Shown in pieces: positions 58,627 through 64,000 of a stretch of DNA of 64,000 bases. Source of the stretch: Blastocatellia bacterium (lineage in GTDB: Bacteria; Acidobacteriota; Blastocatellia; UBA7656); assembly GCA_045807725.1 (NCBI GenBank), contig JBJMGV010000116.1, positions 4,357 through 68,356 on the forward strand, written 5' to 3'. Position 1 is the stretch's first letter; the number at the start of each line of letters is the position of its first letter. The notes under the pieces were generated by a model. It was not told where the DNA came from and did no database searches. It was given only the letters and a program-made list of their open reading frames with translations. The translations under genes and the position numbers were made by a program.

Positions 58627-59454
58627 ATGAGTGAGACGCAGAATCAAATCGACACCGACGCGCCTGCTTATGCCGCAACCCCCGCGCAGCCGCCCGTTCA
58701 GCCTGCCGAGCCGGCGCGCTTGAACGCCGTGCAGCGGTTGACCGGCACGCTCTTTTCGCCCGGCGAAACGTTTAAGGACGTGAACCGCAAGCCGACCATT
58801 ATTGTGCCTATCGTCCTGGGCATCATCCTCGCTGTCGCCGGCGGTCTGTTCTTCAATTGGAAAGTAAAACCGGATTGGGATCGCATCTTTCGCGCCCAGG
58901 TTCAGAAGCGGGCTGAACGCAGCGGACAGTCGGTCACACCTGAACAGATCGAGCAGCAGGTCGAGTTCTCGAAAAAACTCGTGCCGATCTTCCCGATTAT
59001 CGGGGCTGTCTTCACGCCGATTGCCTATCTGGTCATCGCCGGCGTTTTTGCTCTTGGCCTGATGTTGATTCAGGCGAAGACGACATTCAAGAAGATACTA
59101 TCAGTGGTTTCCTGGTCGTATACGGCAACGGCGCTGATACAGTCGCTAGTCTTCATGGCCGTCGTTTTGGTGCAGGATCAAGAAACGCTCAACAGCATTG
59201 ATCCAACGCAGGGCGTAAACATCGTGCCTTCAAACGCGGGCGCGCTCCTGCCGACGGGTAGTTCTGGCGCGATTCAAGCGCTGGCCAGTTCGTTAGATAT
59301 CTTCTCGATCTGGTATCTAGTGCTGCTGGCAATTGGCTTGGCCGCGATTGCCGGCAGTAAGAAGATCACGCCCAAAAAGACCGGCGGTATGGTCTTCGGC
59401 ATCTGGGTGGTTTTCGTGCTGGTCAAAGTCGGCTGGCGCGCGATGTTTGGCTAA
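58627..59454 (+). CDS. Yip1-family membrane protein
   Basis: AGGAG RBS; 'LFSPGETF..V..KP'; five TM helices. Confidence 0.8.
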   Translation: MSETQNQIDTDAPAYAATPAQPPVQPAEPARLNAVQRLTGTLFSPGETFKDVNRKPTIIVPIVLGIILAVAGGLFFNWKVKPDWDRIFRAQVQKRAERSGQSVTPEQIEQQVEFSKKLVPIFPIIGAVFTPIAYLVIAGVFALGLMLIQAKTTFKKILSVVSWSYTATALIQSLVFMAVVLVQDQETLNSIDPTQGVNIVPSNAGALLPTGSSGAIQALASSLDIFSIWYLVLLAIGLAAIAGSKKITPKKTGGMVFGIWVVFVLVKVGWRAMFG

Positions 59455-59763
59455 TCGCATCAGTCTTCCGCAGAGGACGCGGAGGATTCGATTCCTCTTC
59501 TACGTCCTCTGCGCTCGCTACCGTTATCAACCTTCCGGTCATCGCCATTGTACGAACATCGGCCAGCCTCTCGCGTTATCGGCTGTTTTCTATCAATGCA
59601 ATTTTGACCAGCCTTTTTTACCTCTTCACCTTTACCGCCTCGGCTTATCCACGGAAATGTAACGAATAAGGTAGCAGCCGCGTATCCCTCATTAGCGGCA
59701 TAATGGTTGCTAATCTTCTTGGCGAAGCTTGTAGAGAGCCACCAGTGAAGGAGTTGAAAACGG

Positions 59764-59982
59764 ATGAGACTCGACGGTTCTGAAGTTGATATTGTTGATG
59801 TTTACGAGCAGATGCTCTTTCAGCGCGCCGCCAAAGGCATACGCCCGACGCTCTATGTCTCATCCTTCATGGACTTGGAGTGCTCGATGCTGATGCTGCT
59901 CGACGAAGAGAACCAGCAGCGCGCGTCAGGTCAGCAGCGGCCCGTTGCCAAAGGCATTGGTTATCACGTCATCACCAACTGA
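59764..59982 (+). CDS. Small hypothetical protein (72 aa)
   Basis: AAGGAG RBS, ATG start, fills an intergenic gap with no overlap. Confidence 0.55.
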   Translation: MRLDGSEVDIVDVYEQMLFQRAAKGIRPTLYVSSFMDLECSMLMLLDEENQQRASGQQRPVAKGIGYHVITN

Positions 59983-60033
59983 TCGCCGCCCGACCAAATC
60001 GCCTCAACTCGGCTCACGTCTTGACCTCTCCCC

Positions 60034-61296
60034 TTATTCGTAACGCAGCGCCTCGATGGGATCGAGCCGCGCCGCTTTCATCGCCGGCCATATGCCGAAG
60101 ATCAACCCGATTGAGCACGAGACGAAGAACCCCATCAACACGGCCCACAGCGGAATCACCGACGGCAGCGTCGGCGCGAGCCGGTGCAAACCCATACTCA
60201 CGATCCAGCCGATGAAGATGCCGATCAACCCGCCGACTCCTGTGAGCGTGATGGCTTCGGTGAGGAATTGCCAGATGATGTCGGACTTGCGCGCGCCGAT
60301 GGCTCGCCGCACGCCGATCTCCTTGGTGCGCTCGGTGACGCTGACCAGCATAATGTTCATTACGCCGATGCCGCCGACCAGCAAGCCCGCCGCCGAGAGC
60401 GGGAAGATGATGTAGCCGGCGACCGCCGCGAACTGCGCGATGACTTCAAAGATGCTGCCCGGCGTGCTGACGCCGAAGTTGTTCGGCTCGCGGCTGGCCA
60501 CATTGCGTCGCCGGCGCATCAACTCGGTGATCTGGTCCACCATAAGCCCGAACTGGTTCTCCTTGGCGCGCGCGTTGATCGTGATGTCTTTGATCTCCGG
60601 GTGGTCACGGTGCATCGTGTCGAAGGGAACCAGCAACTCGCGATCTTCGACCGGGTCGCCGCCGAACAATCCGCCCGGCGCTTTCTCCATCACGCCGATG
60701 ACCTGATAGACCTTGCCGTCCACTTCGATCTCTTTGCCAATTGGATTGAGCGTGCCAAAGAGCGTGTCGCTGATGGCGTAGCCGATGACAGCGACCTGGG
60801 CGCGATGCTCTTGCTCGGCGGCGGTGAAGAAGCGGCCCTGTTCGATGTAGACGTTGCGCACTACGTCATAGTTTGACGAGACGCCGAAGATGAGCGGGCG
60901 GTTGGCTTCTGTGCCTTGATACTTGACGACCGGCTGTGTGCCGCCCGGCCCGAACGAGCCGACGATGATCGACGGGCTGACCCCCATCACGGATGGCAGC
61001 TCCTCGATGGCGCGGGCGTCTTCAATCGTCATGTCCTTGCGTGTGCGCTCGGCCTGCGACGGGCGACTGAAGCGTATGCCGATGTTGTCCCACTTGGTCA
61101 CGAAAACGATGTCGGGGCCGAAGCGCTTGGTCTGCTCAAGCACGAACTCGCGCAGCCCTGTCAGGAATGACGAGATAGCGATGACGGTCATTGTGCCGCC
61201 AATGACGCCGAGCATCGTCAGCGCCGACCTCACCTTGTGCGTGCGCAAGGTGTCGAGCGCCATCAATATATTTTCGCCGATCTCTTGTATATGCAT
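60034..61296 (-). CDS. MacB/FtsX-family ABC transporter permease
   Basis: 'RSALTMLGVI','GGIGVMNIMLVSVTERTKEIGVRRAIGA','AARLDPIEALRYE'. Confidence 0.95.
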   Translation of the reverse strand: MHIQEIGENILMALDTLRTHKVRSALTMLGVIGGTMTVIAISSFLTGLREFVLEQTKRFGPDIVFVTKWDNIGIRFSRPSQAERTRKDMTIEDARAIEELPSVMGVSPSIIVGSFGPGGTQPVVKYQGTEANRPLIFGVSSNYDVVRNVYIEQGRFFTAAEQEHRAQVAVIGYAISDTLFGTLNPIGKEIEVDGKVYQVIGVMEKAPGGLFGGDPVEDRELLVPFDTMHRDHPEIKDITINARAKENQFGLMVDQITELMRRRRNVASREPNNFGVSTPGSIFEVIAQFAAVAGYIIFPLSAAGLLVGGIGVMNIMLVSVTERTKEIGVRRAIGARKSDIIWQFLTEAITLTGVGGLIGIFIGWIVSMGLHRLAPTLPSVIPLWAVLMGFFVSCSIGLIFGIWPAMKAARLDPIEALRYE

Positions 61297-61357
61297 AGTT
61301 GGTCAGGGGCTAGAGGCTAGGGACTAGTAACCGGAGGTTTTCTCTAGCCCCTAGCCT

Positions 61358-62593
61358 CTAGTCAGCGCGGAGCGCCACAATCGGATCAAGGCGCGCGGCG
61401 CGGTTGGCCGGATACAAGCCGAAGAAGATGCCGACCAATGTCGATACTCCTATCGCAATGATCGGCGCCCACAACGGTATCGCCACAGGCACTGGCGCGA
61501 CACGCCCGACCAGCGTCATCAACGTCACCGCAAACAGCAGTCCGATCAATCCGCCTAAGCCTGACAGCATCGCCGACTCAATCAGGAATTGAATAAGGAT
61601 GTCGCGCCGGGTTGCGCCGAGCGATTTGCGTATGCCGATTTCGCGGGTGCGTTCGGTCACGGTCGCCAGCATGATGTTCATAATCACGATGCCGCCGATG
61701 ACCAGCGAAATGCCGACAACGGGAAAGGCTACCGCCGCGACCGTGCCGGTGATCGTGCCGAAAAGCTGCTCGGTCACTTCGTCTGTGGCGATAGAGAAGT
61801 CGTCCGGCTGGTTGTAGTCGAGCTTGTGGCGCGTTCGCATCACGACGCGCACCTGATCCTGAACCTTCTCGACCGGAATGTCTTTGCGCGCTCGGATGAT
61901 GATGCGAAACGTATTCGAGCTGCGCTTGCCGAAGGTCTTGATAAAGGTGTTGAGCGGCACCTGCACGAAATTATCCTGCGACTGGCCGAGCACCGAGCCG
62001 AGCTTCTTGGCTACGCCGATAACTACGAAGTTCTCTTTGCCGATCTTGATCTCCTTGCCGAGCGGGTCGGTTTCGGGGAAGAGGCCGTCGGCGACCTCGG
62101 AGCCGACGAAGGCGACGTTGCGGTGGTTCTCGTCGTCGTAATCGCTGAGGTAACGGCCCTGCGTGACCTCGACGCTGGAGAGCAGGATCGTGTTGGCCGT
62201 GACGCCCTGCACGCCGACGCTTTCAAGCGAGACGTTGCCATACTTGATCTGGCGCGAGCCGCCATCCTGCGCGCCGATCTGGTCTGCCAGGTTGATCTGT
62301 TCGCGCAGCGCCGCCAGGTCGTCGGGCGTCAAGTCGGGGTTGCGGCGCATCGCGTCAATGAACTTCTGAAAATCCCCGAAGCTGGTGACGCTGGCCTTTT
62401 GCAGACTGAAAGTGCCTGAGCCGAGCGTGGCGATCTTTTCTTTGATGTAAACGTTCGCGCCTTCGATGACGGTGGCGACGGCGGTGACGACGGCGACGCC
62501 GATGATGACGCCGAGCAGCGTCAGAAACGAGCGCAGCTTGTGCGACAGGATCGAGGTCAGGGCAATGTTGGCCGCTTCGATGTACTTGTACAT
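61358..62593 (-). CDS. MacB/FtsX-family ABC transporter permease
   Basis: 'LRSFLTLLGVIIGV','MNIMLATVTERTREIGIRK','AARLDPIVALR'. Confidence 0.95.
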   Translation of the reverse strand: MYKYIEAANIALTSILSHKLRSFLTLLGVIIGVAVVTAVATVIEGANVYIKEKIATLGSGTFSLQKASVTSFGDFQKFIDAMRRNPDLTPDDLAALREQINLADQIGAQDGGSRQIKYGNVSLESVGVQGVTANTILLSSVEVTQGRYLSDYDDENHRNVAFVGSEVADGLFPETDPLGKEIKIGKENFVVIGVAKKLGSVLGQSQDNFVQVPLNTFIKTFGKRSSNTFRIIIRARKDIPVEKVQDQVRVVMRTRHKLDYNQPDDFSIATDEVTEQLFGTITGTVAAVAFPVVGISLVIGGIVIMNIMLATVTERTREIGIRKSLGATRRDILIQFLIESAMLSGLGGLIGLLFAVTLMTLVGRVAPVPVAIPLWAPIIAIGVSTLVGIFFGLYPANRAARLDPIVALRAD

Positions 62594-62764
62594 AAGCTTG
62601 CTCGGCTGTGCCGCAATGACAACGATGCGATATAACTTGTCATCGCTCGACACACCTGATGAACCTGTTTAGTTGGCTTGAGACTACGAAGCAGATTATA
62701 GCAAGCGCGTGCCGTAGCGCCTAACCTGAAGAGAAGGGAAGCAGGCCGCGATAATTCAAAGCAA

Positions 62765-62798
62765 AAGGCATCACACGAATCGTTCGCGTGATGCCTCT
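62765..62798 (-). terminator. Stem-loop/terminator after the ABC ATPase
   Basis: AGGCATCAC-ACGAATCGTTCGC-GTGATGCCT, followed by TTT on the minus strand. Confidence 0.5.
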
Positions 62799-62824
62799 TG
62801 TTAAGCGAAGCGACGGCGCGTCGG

Positions 62825-63604
62825 TTAGCGACGCTCGTCGCGGTTGATGCGACCGTCGAGGATGTGCAGGACGCGATGCGCGTGTTCAGCGATGTCGTGC
62901 TCGTGCGTCACCAGAATGATCGTATTGCCTTGCCGGTTGAGGTCGCCGAACAGGCCCATGATTTCCTGTGAAGTCGCCGAGTCGAGGTTGCCGGTCGGCT
63001 CGTCCGCCAGAATGATGGATGGGTTGTTGACCAGCGCGCGGGCGACGGCGACGCGCTGGCGCTGGCCGCCTGACAATTCGTTCGGCTTGTGGTCCATGCG
63101 GTTGGCGAGGTCAACCTTTTCGAGCGCCCGCTTGGCCATCTCAATGCGCTGGCCGCGCGGCGTGCCGTTGTAGATCAGCGGCAACTCGACGTTGTGCAGC
63201 GCCGTAGCGCGCGGCAGCAGGTTGAAGGTTTGAAAGACGAAGCCGATCTCTTTGTTACGGATGTAGGCCAGCTCGTCATCGTCCATCTCGGAAACCAGCT
63301 TGCCGTTGAGCCAGTACTGTCCCGCCGATGGCGTATCGAGACAGCCGATCAGGTTCATCAGCGTTGACTTGCCTGAACCGGACGGCCCCATAATCGCCAC
63401 GTACTCGCCGCGCTCGATTTCAAAGGTCACGCCGCGCAGGGCGTGGACTTCTTCGGCCCCCATCACGTAGGTCTTCCGCAATTCGTCCGTGCGGATAACT
63501 ACGTCGGCTGGCGGCGGGGTCATTTCGAGGTATGCGAGTTCCTTATCGAGCACCGCTTCATCAATCATAGCATCGCCTTCGTTTTGGTTCGGGTCCTTTG
63601 TCAT
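62825..63604 (-). CDS. LolD/MacB-type ABC transporter ATP-binding protein
   Basis: 'GPSGSGKST','FVFQTFNL','LSGGQRQR','ADEPTGNLD'. Confidence 0.96.
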   Translation of the reverse strand: MTKDPNQNEGDAMIDEAVLDKELAYLEMTPPPADVVIRTDELRKTYVMGAEEVHALRGVTFEIERGEYVAIMGPSGSGKSTLMNLIGCLDTPSAGQYWLNGKLVSEMDDDELAYIRNKEIGFVFQTFNLLPRATALHNVELPLIYNGTPRGQRIEMAKRALEKVDLANRMDHKPNELSGGQRQRVAVARALVNNPSIILADEPTGNLDSATSQEIMGLFGDLNRQGNTIILVTHEHDIAEHAHRVLHILDGRINRDERR

Positions 63605-63640
63605 TCGGTTTAGTCGTGGGCCGTTAATTAGGCCGAGCGG

Positions 63641-64000
63641 CTAACTCTTGGTTTCAGCGCCAACGGGCTTGGTTTCGCGTTTCACTTGGTCGCCGTCTTT
63701 CAAGTTGCGTAGCGTTTTGTAAGGGCCGATGATGATCTCTTCGTTCTCCTTCGGCCCGCTCTTCAGCTCGATCTCTTGATCGCCTTTGATGCCGGTGGTG
63801 ACTTCGACGAACCGCGCTTTGCCGTTATCGTAGATGAAGACGCCCTCGACTTCTTTCTTCTTGGCCGGCCCGCCCGTCTGTGGTTGCTGCGGCTGCTGAT
63901 CGGCGGCCTTATCCTTATCCTTCGGCGCTTCGCGCGGCACGATGGCTTGCAGGGGAACGGTGAGCACGCTGTCAGCGGTCGCCGTCGTGATGGTTGCCGT
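63641..64000 (-). CDS. Efflux membrane-fusion (MacA/HlyD-like) adaptor, C-terminal part; gene begins beyond the window
   Basis: 'VLTVPLQAI','GVFI..GKA.FVEVTTGI','IIIGPY'; upstream of ATPase and permeases. Confidence 0.85.
   Translation of the reverse strand, partial: TATITTATADSVLTVPLQAIVPREAPKDKDKAADQQPQQPQTGGPAKKKEVEGVFIYDNGKARFVEVTTGIKGDQEIELKSGPKENEEIIIGPYKTLRNLKDGDQVKRETKPVGAETKS

Overview
GC-rich bacterial chromosome segment. Gene content and intergenic repeat style suggest Acidobacteriota (Blastocatellia-like); this is an inference. Left to right: (1) the end of an A1-type cytochrome c oxidase operon (ctaA fragment, ctaB, coxB, coxA, coxC, small CPMC protein, DUF420). (2) A stand-alone, more AT-rich Mrr/Cap4-like nuclease-STAND NTPase-TPR gene (Avs/NLR-like), whose 102-bp TPR units are reused in the order A-B-C-D-A-B-D. 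(3) A ~17 kb co-oriented cluster: Ser/Thr kinase-PEGA-FGE, double DUF4384, trypsin, two giant beta-helix surface proteins sharing a C-terminal domain I do not recognise, a FecR/Ig-like protein and an exported caspase-PEGA-TPR protein. (4) VanZ and an orphan NtrC-type regulator. (5) A four-gene cassette PocR-GAF-GGDEF / STAND ATPase-wHTH-degenerate nuclease-RsbW kinase / STAS / GAF-HD-GYP, which looks like a c-di-GMP partner switch with no PP2C phosphatase or sigma factor. (6) A hybrid histidine kinase, an atypical subtilase with a long structured leader, UPF0182, a hydrolase and an MFS transporter. (7) Housekeeping genes: RNase Z-like, NPP, pyrE, truA, uppS, cdsA, GT87, split methylmalonyl-CoA mutase, Uma2, oppD/oppF, Yip1. 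(8) A MacAB-like exporter. Intergenic regions hold several REP/MITE-like palindrome families, one nested element, a 19-bp VNTR and 7-10-mer inverted tandem repeats. No rRNA, tRNA, CRISPR array or transposase gene was seen. Best candidates for undescribed systems: the c-di-GMP/STAND-RsbW cassette, the exported caspase/kinase cluster with its shared C-terminal domain, and the repeat-shuffling Avs-like gene. All domain calls come from motif recognition by eye, not from database searches.
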